Assembly: GCA_963830365.1 (NCBI GenBank) | Contig: CAWHMU010000044.1 | Coordinates: 1-25,049 of the forward strand | Direction: 5' to 3' | Length of the DNA: 25,049 nucleotides | Origin: an uncultured Chlamydiae bacterium | GTDB taxonomy: Bacteria > Chlamydiota > Chlamydiia > Chlamydiales > Parachlamydiaceae | Part shown: positions 1-9,745 of the stretch, piece by piece | Numbering within the stretch: position 1 is the first letter of the stretch | Layout of the letters: the number at the start of each line of letters is the position of its first letter | Position numbers and translations under genes: made by a program | The notes under the pieces: generated by a model | What the model saw: only the letters and a program-made list of their open reading frames with translations | Databases searched by the model: none | What the model was told of the DNA's origin: nothing

Positions 1-1
1 C

Positions 2-121
2 TTAAAAGATGTCCGTAATGGACTTAAGAGTTATTTTAAGTTTTACAACGAGAGCAGGCCACACCAAGGACTGGGTTATAAAACGCCTGCGGAGGTGTAT
101 TTTTCTAGGCAGAGCCTTTAG
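2..121 (+). CDS. IS3-family transposase OrfB, C-terminal fragment (5'-partial)
   Basis: Manual translation of frame +2: LKDVRNGLKSYFKFYNESRPHQGLGYKTPAEVYFSRQSL*. The YNxxRPHxxLgyxTP motif is typical of IS3/rve-type transposase C-termini. Missing from the ORF track because it has no start codon. Confidence 0.85.
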   Translation, partial: LKDVRNGLKSYFKFYNESRPHQGLGYKTPAEVYFSRQSL

Positions 122-124
122 GAA

Positions 125-215
125 AAGGGGGCAAGCCCCCTTACCCCCCTTCCGCCTTCGTTGGACTTGGATTACCTTGATTTTTAAAGGAACTTGAGGG
201 GGCAAGCCCCCTCAA
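125..215. repeat. Two GC-rich hairpins sharing AGGGGGCAAGCCCCCT in the IS3 3' non-coding region
   Basis: AAGGGGGCAAGCCCCCTT (125-142) and TTGAGGGGGCAAGCCCCCTCAA (194-215), each followed by a C-rich run. Confidence 0.85.
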
Positions 216-460
216 ACTCCCCCTTTAGCTGCAAGAACAACAAAAACTTGAGGTTATTAGCTTAACTTTTCCCATTTTTTGTCTAGACAAAGGGGACCAC
301 TTTAGTGCTTAAGGCATCAAAATTGTGCAAAGCCGATATAAATATACATTAATGTATATGCATCAATCTAAAAAATAAATTAGCCCGCGTTGCGAGGAAG
401 GGCTTGTACACAAAAATGCGGCTCATCACGCAAATGAGTACTCATGAGGTTTTCCCGACC

Positions 461-490
461 TTCTCTGCGACTCTGTGCCTCTGTGGTGAA
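461..490 (-). repeat. REP-like TTCACCACAGAGGCACAGAG family copy (inside the MITE)
   Basis: TTCTCTGCGACTCTGTGCCTCTGTGGTGAA, inverted relative to 540-569. Confidence 0.85.
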
Positions 491-539
491 ATCTGCTTGT
501 TGGAGGTATAGTATTATTAATCAAGGTATTACGGAAAGA

Positions 540-569
540 TTCACCACCGAGACACCGAGGCACAGAGAA
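540..569 (+). repeat. REP-like family copy; empty equivalent of the intron insertion site
   Basis: TTCACCACCGAGACACCGAGGCACAGAGAA matches the joined intron flanks (21834-21848 + 22558-22572) with one mismatch. Confidence 0.88.
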
Positions 570-754
570 GAAAAATGGAGATTGCTCTTAGGGTTTTGTT
601 AATTAGGTACTCATTTGCGTGATGAACCAAAAATGCAACGCAAAGCGGCACGAGCGGAACCTTCCCATTATGGGAAATAACAAGGCTCTAAAACGTAAAG
701 GAAGATAGGAGGAAGAGTCAAAAGGCACAGGGAACAAGCAGCAAAATATAAGCA

Positions 755-910
755 CAGGATGATAAGATGACAGGTTAAACATAGTAGAAGTAGAGGAAAG
801 CCTCGGTCGGAATCAATAGTCATTAGGATGGCTTAGGAAATCCGAGGGCAGCCTTCACAGCCCCAGCGTTATAACTATCTGCGCTAAACCTGTCTGTCCG
901 ATTATCTAAT
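755..910. repeat. Degenerate inverted pair of the CAGGAT-triplet repeat family
   Basis: CAGGATGATAAGATGACAGGTTAAAC (~755-780) and a weak inverted partner AAACCTGTCTGTCCGATTATCT (~886-907). Related to 9964-9995 and 14446-14477. Confidence 0.45.
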
Positions 911-932
911 TTGTTTACTTTTTTCTGCCGTT

Positions 933-962
933 TTCTCTGTGTCTCTGTGCCTCGGTGGTGAA
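933..962 (-). repeat. REP-like family copy downstream of ribH
   Basis: TTCTCTGTGTCTCTGTGCCTCGGTGGTGAA. Confidence 0.85.
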
Positions 963-1007
963 TTTTTATTAATAAGTTTGTTACATGCGCGCTGTCCCTG
1001 CCGTTTT

Positions 1008-1541
1008 TTAGGTATGGGTGGGCATGGCAGCTTTAGAAGCCGTCATGCAGCAGCTGCCCATGGCGGCATGCTTAGGCTGCTTAAGCTGGCGCATGAGGTT
1101 GACCATTTCTATGGCCGTCATGGCGCCGTCGTAGCCTTTGTTGCCGGCCTTGCTGCCGCTGCGTTCCAGCGCTTCCTCGATGGTATTGGTGGTGAGTACG
1201 CTGAAGATCACCGGCATATTATTCTCCAAGGCTATCTGCGCAATGCCCGCGGCGGCTTGTCCGGCCACATAATCGAAATGGGGGGTGGCGCCGCGGATGA
1301 CGGCACCAAGGCAGATGATGGCATCATAGCGGGCAGAAACTGCCATCTGCTTGGCGATGAGAGGGATTTCAAAGGCGCCCGGCACCCATACGGTAGAAAT
1401 ATTTTCATCAGCTACGCCATGCCGGCGCAAGCCATCCAAGGCTCCATTTAACAGGTTGCGGGTGATCAGGTCGTTGAACCGCCCTACCACGATGCCGATG
1501 CGCATGCCGTTGCCATGCAGCTGACCGCTATATTCTTGCAT
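1008..1541 (-). CDS. ribH: 6,7-dimethyl-8-ribityllumazine synthase
   Basis: Motifs [33 protein letters not shown] and [11 protein letters not shown]. Start moved to ATG 1541 (MQEYSGQL), which has AAGGAAGG upstream and avoids overlap with ribBA. Confidence 0.97.
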   Translation of the reverse strand: MQEYSGQLHGNGMRIGIVVGRFNDLITRNLLNGALDGLRRHGVADENISTVWVPGAFEIPLIAKQMAVSARYDAIICLGAVIRGATPHFDYVAGQAAAGIAQIALENNMPVIFSVLTTNTIEEALERSGSKAGNKGYDGAMTAIEMVNLMRQLKQPKHAAMGSCCMTASKAAMPTHT

Positions 1542-1563
1542 AATGAACCTTCCTTGATGTTGT

Positions 1564-2760
1564 CTAAATTTCCAGCAAATGTCCCAGTTTATTTTTCTTT
1601 GTGAGCATATAACCGCGATTATCCGCATGTGAAGGTGAGATCAGCGGCACACGCTCGACAATATCCAAATCATAACCGGATAGGCCGTTATATTTCGCCG
1701 GATTATTGGTTAATAGTCGCACTTTGTGGACGCCGATATCTTCTAGAATTTGGGCGCCGATGCCATACTCGCGCGAGTCAACCGGAAAGCCCAGCTCGAG
1801 GTTGGCCTCGACAGTATCCCGTCCACTATCCTGCAAATGATAGGCGCGCACTTTATGTCCAAGACCGATGCCGCGTCCTTCATGTCCGCGCAAATAGACG
1901 ATGACACCGAGGCCTTCCTCTGCGATCTGCTGCATGGCCATATCGAGCTGTTCCCCGCAATCGCAGCGGCGGGATTGGAAAACATCGCCCGTGAGGCATT
2001 CGGAATGCACCCTGACAAGTGTCGGCGTAGCGCTCGTGACGCAGCCCTTGATGAGGGCCATATGCTGAATCTCATCGATGGTCGATTCATAGACGCGGGC
2101 CGTAAAATCGCCGTAGGCGGTCGGCAGGCGCGCTTCTGAGACGAGCCTGATAAGTTTTTCATTGCGCCGCCGGTAGCGGATCAGATCGGCAATAGAAATT
2201 AAACACAGCTGATGCTCGGCCGCAAATTTCTCCAGCTGCGGCAGGCGTGCCATCGAACCGTCCTCATTGACGATTTCACAGAGTACGCCGGCGGGTTTTA
2301 ACCCGGCCAGACGCGTGAGGTCAATGGCCGCCTCTGTATGGCCGGCGCGTTTGAGGACACCGCCGGGTTTATAGCGCAGGGGAAAAATATGGCCGGGACG
2401 GCGGAAGTCGTCGGCATGGACGTCTGGGGAGATGAGCGCCTGGATGGTGGCGCATCTATCGGCGGCCGAAACACCGGTAGTGGTGCCTTGGTTGTAGTCG
2501 ACAGAGATGGTAAATGGCGTGCGGTGGAAATCGGTATTGTTAGTCACCATCAGGGGAATGTGGAGCTTATCAAGGCGCTCGCCAGTCAGCGGCATGCAGA
2601 TAATACCGCTGGTGTAGCGCACCATGAAGGCTATGGCTTGGGGAGTGACTTTCTCGGCCGCGATGATGAGGTCGCCTTCATTCTCGCGGTTTTCGTCATC
2701 AACCACGATGACAAATTTCCCCGCTTTGATTTCTTCTAGAGCTTGTTCGACAGTATGCAT
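1564..2760 (-). CDS. ribBA: Bifunctional DHBP synthase / GTP cyclohydrolase II
   Basis: N-terminal [20 protein letters not shown] and RAGHTEA (RibB). C-terminal [25 protein letters not shown] and LLTNNPAK (RibA). Confidence 0.98.
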   Translation of the reverse strand: MHTVEQALEEIKAGKFVIVVDDENRENEGDLIIAAEKVTPQAIAFMVRYTSGIICMPLTGERLDKLHIPLMVTNNTDFHRTPFTISVDYNQGTTTGVSAADRCATIQALISPDVHADDFRRPGHIFPLRYKPGGVLKRAGHTEAAIDLTRLAGLKPAGVLCEIVNEDGSMARLPQLEKFAAEHQLCLISIADLIRYRRRNEKLIRLVSEARLPTAYGDFTARVYESTIDEIQHMALIKGCVTSATPTLVRVHSECLTGDVFQSRRCDCGEQLDMAMQQIAEEGLGVIVYLRGHEGRGIGLGHKVRAYHLQDSGRDTVEANLELGFPVDSREYGIGAQILEDIGVHKVRLLTNNPAKYNGLSGYDLDIVERVPLISPSHADNRGYMLTKKNKLGHLLEI

Positions 2761-2848
2761 GAGCTTTTCCGTTATGAATGGTCTGTTGGGAATATAGCAT
2801 ATATAGCAAAGAGAGAAAAGGTGAAATACTAAAGCGGGGCTTTAAAAC

Positions 2849-2965
2849 TCACCACAGAGGCACAGAGACAAAGAGAAAGATTAGGGAAGGCTCATCCAGT
2901 CAATGAACAAGCTATCACATTGCAAGTGCACAGCACTTCTCTTTCTCTCGGTGTCTCCAGGTGAA
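2849..2965. repeat. Inverted pair of REP-like family copies (REPIN-like)
   Basis: TCACCACAGAGGCACAGAGACAAAGAGAA (2849-2877) and degenerate TTCTCTTTCTCTCGGTGTCTCCAGGTGAA (2937-2965). Confidence 0.75.
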
Positions 2966-3018
2966 AATTGGGCGAAAATCCAATTTCAAAGTGCAGTAGA
3001 GAGGGCAGCGGTGCTTGG

Positions 3019-4212
3019 TTAGCAGTCGGATATTTTATCGATAACTTTGATGTCTTTGAGGGCACGGTCGGGGATTTTAATTTTTGGATTAGCAGGAATG
3101 AGTGCCAGCGGAATGATGATGGTACGCGTGGCAAGGACTTTATGGGTGGAATAATCAGCAGCCGAGGTGACGGTGTAATCTAAAACGTTGTTTAAATGTA
3201 GTGTAGAGGCATTGTTATCATCGTTCTTAATCTCAAGGGAAATGGATTGCTTTCCGCCGGCCACGCTTATGTTGGGGCCTAATATTGAGGTGAATATCGC
3301 ATTGATGGTGTTTGTCGAATCTGCAATCCCCGCCTGCGTCATCAGCAGGCTGAGGCGGGTGAATTTCTCTTTAGCGATATAATGCGGCAGTGTTTTGCAG
3401 AGTTCGAACAGGTATTTGCCAGTATCGGTATGTGAGGCGTTGTTGATTTCAATTTTCTTATTATCGAAGAGCAAGGAAATTTTAGCGATGCGCGTAAGAT
3501 CCAGTGTTGCTTGTTTGGGAGCATAGACAGAGGACTTCTGTTCTTTATCGGTAACTTCCACAAGCTCGGCATCTATGTGCTTGCTATTGAGAATTTCCAA
3601 TAATGAAGTTTGCGGACGTTCTCTGACAAGCGCAAGGTCGACAGCCCATTGCACTCGCTCTGTCAATGACTTAGCGAAAATGTACTGTTTTGACTTTTGA
3701 TATTCCAGACCGATCAGCGCATTTTCAATGACATCCCTCAACACATATAGTTCGCCTTTGACGCATTCTTTGAGCTGCTTGGCGACAGGCGTGCGGGTGG
3801 CATATGTTTCTTCTAAATTTTCAATACCTTTTTGGGCGGGAATAAGCAACTTCGATAAGTTTTTAAGGGCTAATATGGCTTCTGAAAGCTGTTCACAAGA
3901 GGCCTCCAGGCTGGCATCTAGCAGCTTCATCACCACACAGAATGTCTGCCTGGGTTCAGTTTGCAGCCACCTCAAATTCCGTTTGGCATTGGCATCCCAG
4001 TCGCTGAATATATCGTCCCAACAGCGCGAAATGGCCTGCAGCGGCCAGCCGAAAAATGATTTGCTGTCTCCAGATGACACCTTGGGGCTTTGACCCCGAG
4101 CGGTGAGGATCTTTTCATAGGGTTTTATATCGGCAATGGACACGAAATTCTTGGAATGGTCGTAGAGTTGGCTTAAAAGACCATCGACTTGGCTGACAAT
4201 TTCAAAACCCAT
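3019..4212 (-). CDS. Hypothetical protein (~397 aa), possibly a secreted effector
   Basis: Long ORF with AT-rich upstream region. Start is ATG 4212 or GTG 4218. No family assigned with confidence. Confidence 0.8.
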   Translation of the reverse strand: MGFEIVSQVDGLLSQLYDHSKNFVSIADIKPYEKILTARGQSPKVSSGDSKSFFGWPLQAISRCWDDIFSDWDANAKRNLRWLQTEPRQTFCVVMKLLDASLEASCEQLSEAILALKNLSKLLIPAQKGIENLEETYATRTPVAKQLKECVKGELYVLRDVIENALIGLEYQKSKQYIFAKSLTERVQWAVDLALVRERPQTSLLEILNSKHIDAELVEVTDKEQKSSVYAPKQATLDLTRIAKISLLFDNKKIEINNASHTDTGKYLFELCKTLPHYIAKEKFTRLSLLMTQAGIADSTNTINAIFTSILGPNISVAGGKQSISLEIKNDDNNASTLHLNNVLDYTVTSAADYSTHKVLATRTIIIPLALIPANPKIKIPDRALKDIKVIDKISDC

Positions 4213-4712
4213 ATCCACCCTTTAAAAATAGAAATCCTGAGGCTATAAAACGGACTATAAGAGCATAGTCAAAAATTTACAAGTCAGACATGTAGAAGGG
4301 ATGTAAAAAAATAAATCAAAAATTCTGCGAAAACTATAGACGTTAAATTGGTGATGCGTCATACTTTATATAAGTGCATATCTTTAGTGAGGTCGCAGAC
4401 TTATTCAAAAAGGCGCTTTAAGCGCGAACCTAATCGGCTAGTCCAGATAAAGTTGTTGTTGCAACCTACGTTAAGGCCTAGTTAGGATCTAAATCTTCGG
4501 TTTGTTAGTCCTTCGGATCAAAAACTCTGTTTATTTCCCCAGATTATATCGTGCCTTAAATCATCGCATCCAATGCGGAAAATTGCTTTGCTTTTTTTTT
4601 GTTGGAACATGAGGCAGCAATGCCGGGCGCGAGGCCGTTAGGTTGGTGAATGAGGAACGTCTCATGATAGCGTGCATTTGTAAACACTTTCATCCAAACG
4701 GAGAATTTTGAT

Positions 4713-5141
4713 ATGAAGAAAAAATTATTTGTCGGCAACTTGTCATGGAAAGCTACCGAAGATTCACTAAGACCAGTATTTGAAGCTTTCGGCAAAGTCG
4801 TGTCGATAAAAATCATTACAGACCACACAGGCAGATCCAAAGGTTTTGGTTTCGTCGAAATGGAAACTGCTGAAGATGCTTTAAGCGCAACTAACGGCCT
4901 AAACGAAAAACTGCACCTCGATCGCAACATGCGCGTTAGCTTAGCTCAAGAACGCACCGATCGTCCTGCTGGCGAACGCAGAGAATTCCGTAGCGAAAGC
5001 CGCGGCGGCTCAGGCGGCGGCTACGGCGGCGGCTCAGGCGGCTACGGTGGCGGCTCTTCAGGCGGCTCACGTGGCGGCTCAGGCGGCTACGGCGGTGGTT
5101 CAGGCGGCGGTTCACGCAGCCGTGACAACAACAGCTGGTAG
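4713..5141 (+). CDS. RRM-domain glycine-rich RNA-binding protein
   Basis: RNP2 LFVGNL, RNP1 KGFGFVEM and a C-terminal GGSGGYGGG repeat tail. GGAG lies upstream of the start. Confidence 0.95.
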   Translation: MKKKLFVGNLSWKATEDSLRPVFEAFGKVVSIKIITDHTGRSKGFGFVEMETAEDALSATNGLNEKLHLDRNMRVSLAQERTDRPAGERREFRSESRGGSGGGYGGGSGGYGGGSSGGSRGGSGGYGGGSGGGSRSRDNNSW

Positions 5142-5153
5142 TAATCGGCTTAC

Positions 5154-5195
5154 AAACAGCAAAGCTCGCACCCAGCGGCTTTGCTGTTTTTTTTT
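5154..5195 (+). terminator. Rho-independent terminator
   Basis: AAACAGCAAAGC..GCTTTGCTGTTT stem followed by a T run, just after the RRM stop codon. Confidence 0.85.
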
Positions 5196-5311
5196 GTCTT
5201 TCGCTTACTTTTCTTTCCGGCCTAATTTCAATTTTCAACTTTTATCATGCGCTTTTGTCATACATTGTATGTGCCAGCTGAGTCGTTTTTAACAGACAAT
5301 GTGGACAAAAT

Positions 5312-5575
5312 GGCCGAAGCGGACGATTCTATAGAGTTATTATCTCCATAAGCAAGGCAAACTGTGGTTCATCCGGTTTTTTAGGATTCAAATGCCTTCA
5401 GAGCTGCCGAGACGGCCATTGGGCTGCACTGGTGCGGGCTTGTTTGTCGCGGGAGCAACGATGCGCCTGTTTGTGGGGCAACATCTATACACAACATACC
5501 CGCTGCAGCAGTACAAGAGTTTTGAGTCCTGCCAAACTGGAAGAGCCCAAACTGTTAGCAATGTCCGCTTCGTCC
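5312..5575. repeat. Short inverted repeat pair bounding an intergenic segment
   Basis: GGCCGAAGCGGAC (5312-5324) versus GTCCGCTTCGTCC (5563-5575), 12/13 complementary. Confidence 0.45.
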
Positions 5576-5599
5576 CTTCTACATCATAGCCCGCCGCCA

Positions 5600-8500
5600 C
5601 TACTTAAAAAGCTGCTTTAGCAGGTTGCTGGCGCCTTTTTTTATGTCTTCTACGGATGGATTTTTGGAGGTTTTTTTGCCGTCAGAGGCCGAGGCGTCAT
5701 TATTTTCGTCTTCGAGCATATCGGCCCATGGCAATGGCTTGGTGGTCGGGGCTGGAGGAGCGCTTTCGCTCAAACCGCCGCCGGCGATGTGCAAAACGGT
5801 ACCTAGCACAAAGCCTTGCGTGCCGCCCTGGGCTTGGGCGACAAGTGCGCTAATCCTGGCTGCAGCTTTTGTCTTGTCTATATCGGCACGGCTGAGCGTG
5901 CCGCGCAAGGGGAGTTGCAGCAGGTAGCCTGGTGGGATGCCAGGGACATTAAAGGCGCGGCTGATAGAGGCGCCGGAGAGGGCTATGATCATGTTGACGT
6001 TATCGTTGCCGATATCGACTTTGCCCCAGGCGGCAAGGGGGTAGTTGTCGTTGATGAGCATGTCGACGCGTTCGATCTGGACTAGTCCTTCTGTGATGGA
6101 GAAATAGAGGGGAGTGAGCCATACCGATAGCTGGTCTTTGGAAGAAACGAGCAGGCTAAGGACTTTGGCAAGTGACGACTGACTGGCGAAATGCACCTTG
6201 CCGAGATCGAGCGTGGCTGTGCTGATATTGACGGTAGAGAGCGAAGGCTCGTGCAGTGGCAAGGCAAAATCTGTATGGCTAACGGTCAGCTTTAAAGGTT
6301 GATCGGCATTGAGCATCCCATTGACGATCGGGATGACATCCTGCAAGACGTATTCAGAAAGTTGGGGCGTAACGGTTACCTGGGCTTGCAGATCTTTGTT
6401 GAGCTTGAAAATGCCGTTGGCAATATTGCCGTCCATGGTCAGGTGTCCATTCTTGCCCTTCAGTTCGGCAAAGACCGGGCCGTTCATCTGCTGCAATTTG
6501 GCTTTGAGCTTGGCATTTAGCGTCGTGCCGATGACGGCTTCGATCTGCCGCCGCACGGTGCTATCGACGCATACGAATTGGCAGAGCATTGATATGGGTA
6601 ATGAATCGATATCAGCATCGAGGGTGAGCGACAAATTGTGTTTGTTCAAGCCACCCTCCTTGGTAAATCCATTCTCGAGGTTACCAAGAAATGTCCAGTC
6701 TGTAGAGATGCCTTGCTCGGTCTGCCCTTTGGCGTGCAAGTCGAATTTCACCATCTGCGCCAGATTTTGAGAGCTCAAACGGCTCTGCATTTTGGTAAGG
6801 AAGATTTTTTGCTGGTTTTTGCTGTTCATTCCGCTAAGGTTGTCAACCAGCAGATCGATATCGAAGGCTGCATTTAAAAATGCCGGTTGAAACGAATCTT
6901 TAGGGAGCGGCAGCTTTAGGGATTTTATGTTGAGACGGGCAGTGGCTGTTTCGGTAAGGACAAAGTCGCTGACGTCATCCTTATCCAGCCATTTGCGCAA
7001 GATATCGTAGCCTCCAGGTGTCAGTTCGAAGATGAATTCGGACTGGTTGGGTATCTCCTGCAGATGCAGCACATTGTCGCTGAGCGCCAGGGCGGTGTTG
7101 GCTTTGATATGGCCGCTTTGCAGATTGATTGAGAAAAGCCCCTGTCTATTTACCGGTGTAAAATCAGCGGTGGCACGCATATTCAGGGCATCACCTATTA
7201 ACGGCAGCAAATCGTGCCGGCCCAATAGCACATGCAGAATTTTGATCGGCAGCTTGAAGGTGGTGGCGCCGATATGAAAGGTTGCCTGTGAGAAATCAAC
7301 TGCCGTTTTATCCAGCCAGTTGTCTACAGCGGCATTGGCACTGATTTTGCCGGAGGCTTGCTGATCCAGCTGCGTGTTGGCGCTGACATTGAGCAGGATT
7401 CTGGGTAGAGCCGCATCAATCTCCCATTCTAAATTCAGATTGTCGATGGTTGCAAGGGCGGATGCGGCCAGCGCTTGGTGTGAAAAGGATAAGTCATCGA
7501 CTTTTAAGCCGCCATGCATGCGCAGGCGGGAGATGTCTTCGGGCTTGAGCGGAATCGTGCAGGGAGCCAAGGTGAATTCGACTGCCGACTGGTGTGCCAG
7601 CTGATAGGTGTCGGTGGCTAGGTCAAGGCCTTTAAGGAGGCTTTTAAGGGCGGCCGGCGTTACCATATAACTGATTGAAGCGGGGGACGTGATGATCACA
7701 GTAGAAGTGTTTGGCAGCCGGCCCTGCAGCTGCAGGCGGGCTAGGGTGCTATCCATTTTTAAAGAGAAAGCATCAAGGCTTGCAGCGTTGGCATCATCGA
7801 CTCGCAAGAGCGCACTTGCCGTAAGTTTGACATTTTCTCCCAGCAGATCGCGAAAAGAAGTTGCATCGGCAGGTTGCGAAATAGCGGCACCCGCGGTGAT
7901 GTTAAAAGTATTGGCAGAGGCTGAGACAATATGGATTGAGCTGTCTTGCAAAGTCGCCATGCCAATACCGGGGAGTCCTGCCAGCTTGATAGGAGAAAGA
8001 ATGAGATCGGCGGACAAAACCAGCTTCTTCAGTTCGGTAGAAAAGGCGGCGTTATCGCCGGCAAAGTCGGGCAGGGGGATGGAAAAGTTTTGCAGGGTGA
8101 GTTGGGCCGTTGCATCCGCTTGCAGGCGGGTGGTGATGGCAGACAATGCTTGGTTGACCAAGCCGGGAGTTATTTGCCAGGTGATGGTGGCAGGCTGCTG
8201 CAGCCTAAGTTGCTTGGTTAATTCGAAAGCCATGGCTGAGGTTTCCAGGCGTTCAGACTTCCATAGCAATTCTAGTCGATGATTTTTGTCATTGGCTTTA
8301 AGCGAGAACGATACATTAGCACTTGTGCCGAGAGCGTTTAGTAAAAGCCCATCCAGATTCATCAGATCATCGAGGCTTGACAATGGCAGGCCCGAAAATT
8401 GCCCTTGCAGGGAGAACTGCTGCATTAAAGTGGGCAGCAGCTGCTGCCAAGCGGCGGGTTTTGGCAGCGCGGCTTGCACATCGATGAGCATGGGCTTGCC

Positions 8501-9745
8501 GTTATGCACGGCTTCCCCTTTGATAATAGCTTCGGCGGTAGCGCTACCGCTGGTCGTCTTTAAGGTGGCATGTAGATTGTTGATGGCGAGCCGGCCATCC
8601 AGCGTGCCGCCTGAGAAGTTTGCCTGGTCCAAATCGACTTCTGCCATGAGCGCAAGCTTGGTAAGGTCGAAAGGCTGCGCCTTTTGTCCTGTCGATGTCG
8701 GCATCTCGAGCGGAAACTGTAGCTGCGAAACCACTAGGCGCAGCAGCGCGTTTTTGGCCAGCAGCCATGGCTTATGGATATGCGCGCCACTAGAAAGCTT
8801 TTCGATTAAAGCCGGCGTCAGCTTGAGGCTAAGCTTAGCTGGCTGTGCCAGTGAGAAATCGTGACCCAGATGCGCTGCGGCAGAGGCCGACAGGTTGGCC
8901 GAATTGGCCACGAATTGTAGATTGAAGCCTTGTGGGTTAACATCTTTTACACCGTCGTTAGGAGCGATTTTAACGTTTAGCTGCGGCCCCAGCAGCTCCA
9001 GCAGCACGCCGCTATATTGCGGCTGGCTATAGGCCAGCAGCTGGTCGAGCAGCACTACCGGCAGATTCACAATATCGACATTGAGCTTAAGCTCGCTATC
9101 GGAAGCTTGCAAAAGGGTGTCTATATCGACAGCCTGCTGCCGGAATTTTGCCGCCAAGGATCCCGCGAGTTGCACTTCGATGGTGAATTTGCCGTTAAGC
9201 GCGCCCTGCTGGGTGGTGCCGTCGATATGCAGCGCGATGGGAAGTGCGTTGGATGAAGAATTTAGACTGGCCTGCACGTTTTTCAGGGTGATGGCAGGCT
9301 GCGGCAGCAGTGTTTTAACGGGATTTGCGCAGCAGGCTTGATTCAAGGCTTGTTCTAGATTGGTGTTGCCTTGATCGTCGGCACTTAGCTTAGCGTTGAG
9401 GGCCTGCAGCTGCAGCACGCCAATAGCGGCGGGGTCTGCTATAATGGTATACAGTGAAGCTTGGAGGCTGGCGTTTTGCAGCGAAAGAATCTCCTTGCCT
9501 TGCGCGTCTTTGAGTGTAAACCCCTGCACCTCCTGTGGACCTAGCCATCCAAGCCTAAGCTTGGCGATTTCAATCTTTCCCGGAATCTGCGAGTTCACAT
9601 AATCGACCATCAGCGTCTTGGCCCATGTCGTAGAAACGATCGTCGGTAGCAGCGCCAAAAATGCCAGCAGCACAAACGCGGCGATGACTATGCAGCCGCC
9701 AAGTATTTTGGCAACAGTCAGACGGGAAGAAGGGGAGGGGCCCAT
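5600..9745 (-). CDS. Large AsmA-like envelope-spanning protein (1381 aa)
   Basis: Single N-terminal TM anchor followed by an AsmA-type start (..VNSQIPGKIEIAKLRLGWLGPQEVQGFTLKD..), long amphipathic beta-strand content and a C-terminal LPLRGTLSR-type motif. Confidence 0.75.
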   Translation of the reverse strand: MGPSPSSRLTVAKILGGCIVIAAFVLLAFLALLPTIVSTTWAKTLMVDYVNSQIPGKIEIAKLRLGWLGPQEVQGFTLKDAQGKEILSLQNASLQASLYTIIADPAAIGVLQLQALNAKLSADDQGNTNLEQALNQACCANPVKTLLPQPAITLKNVQASLNSSSNALPIALHIDGTTQQGALNGKFTIEVQLAGSLAAKFRQQAVDIDTLLQASDSELKLNVDIVNLPVVLLDQLLAYSQPQYSGVLLELLGPQLNVKIAPNDGVKDVNPQGFNLQFVANSANLSASAAAHLGHDFSLAQPAKLSLKLTPALIEKLSSGAHIHKPWLLAKNALLRLVVSQLQFPLEMPTSTGQKAQPFDLTKLALMAEVDLDQANFSGGTLDGRLAINNLHATLKTTSGSATAEAIIKGEAVHNGKPMLIDVQAALPKPAAWQQLLPTLMQQFSLQGQFSGLPLSSLDDLMNLDGLLLNALGTSANVSFSLKANDKNHRLELLWKSERLETSAMAFELTKQLRLQQPATITWQITPGLVNQALSAITTRLQADATAQLTLQNFSIPLPDFAGDNAAFSTELKKLVLSADLILSPIKLAGLPGIGMATLQDSSIHIVSASANTFNITAGAAISQPADATSFRDLLGENVKLTASALLRVDDANAASLDAFSLKMDSTLARLQLQGRLPNTSTVIITSPASISYMVTPAALKSLLKGLDLATDTYQLAHQSAVEFTLAPCTIPLKPEDISRLRMHGGLKVDDLSFSHQALAASALATIDNLNLEWEIDAALPRILLNVSANTQLDQQASGKISANAAVDNWLDKTAVDFSQATFHIGATTFKLPIKILHVLLGRHDLLPLIGDALNMRATADFTPVNRQGLFSINLQSGHIKANTALALSDNVLHLQEIPNQSEFIFELTPGGYDILRKWLDKDDVSDFVLTETATARLNIKSLKLPLPKDSFQPAFLNAAFDIDLLVDNLSGMNSKNQQKIFLTKMQSRLSSQNLAQMVKFDLHAKGQTEQGISTDWTFLGNLENGFTKEGGLNKHNLSLTLDADIDSLPISMLCQFVCVDSTVRRQIEAVIGTTLNAKLKAKLQQMNGPVFAELKGKNGHLTMDGNIANGIFKLNKDLQAQVTVTPQLSEYVLQDVIPIVNGMLNADQPLKLTVSHTDFALPLHEPSLSTVNISTATLDLGKVHFASQSSLAKVLSLLVSSKDQLSVWLTPLYFSITEGLVQIERVDMLINDNYPLAAWGKVDIGNDNVNMIIALSGASISRAFNVPGIPPGYLLQLPLRGTLSRADIDKTKAAARISALVAQAQGGTQGFVLGTVLHIAGGGLSESAPPAPTTKPLPWADMLEDENNDASASDGKKTSKNPSVEDIKKGASNLLKQLFK

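Larger units (their letters stand above)
1..304 (+). mobile_element. 3' end of an IS3-family insertion sequence, truncated by the window start
   Basis: Transposase C-terminus at 2-121, followed by a probable right end TTGTCTAGACAAAGGGGACCACTTTA (~279-304) resembling IS3-family right ends. The left IR is not in the window, so the boundary is inferred. Confidence 0.75.
420..628. mobile_element. 209-bp MITE with 22-bp TIRs and 8-bp target-site duplication, carrying an inverted pair of REP-like repeats
   Basis: Left GGCTCATCACGCAAATGAGTAC (420-441) and right GTACTCATTTGCGTGATGAACC (607-628) are 21/22 complementary. Direct repeat AAAAATGC flanks it at 412-419 and 629-636. Internal repeats at 461-490 and 540-569. 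Confidence 0.88.

Noticed and set aside
2..205. ORF-track calls 2..205(-) and 9..197(+)
   Set aside because: The real coding frame is the +2 IS3 transposase tail. These ORFs translate hairpin DNA.
2761..3018. FMN riboswitch upstream of ribBA
   Set aside because: No RFN consensus motifs. The region is occupied by a REP-like pair.
5000..5112. GGCGGCTCAGGCGGCTAC tandem repeats
   Set aside because: Explained by the Gly-rich tail of the RRM protein.
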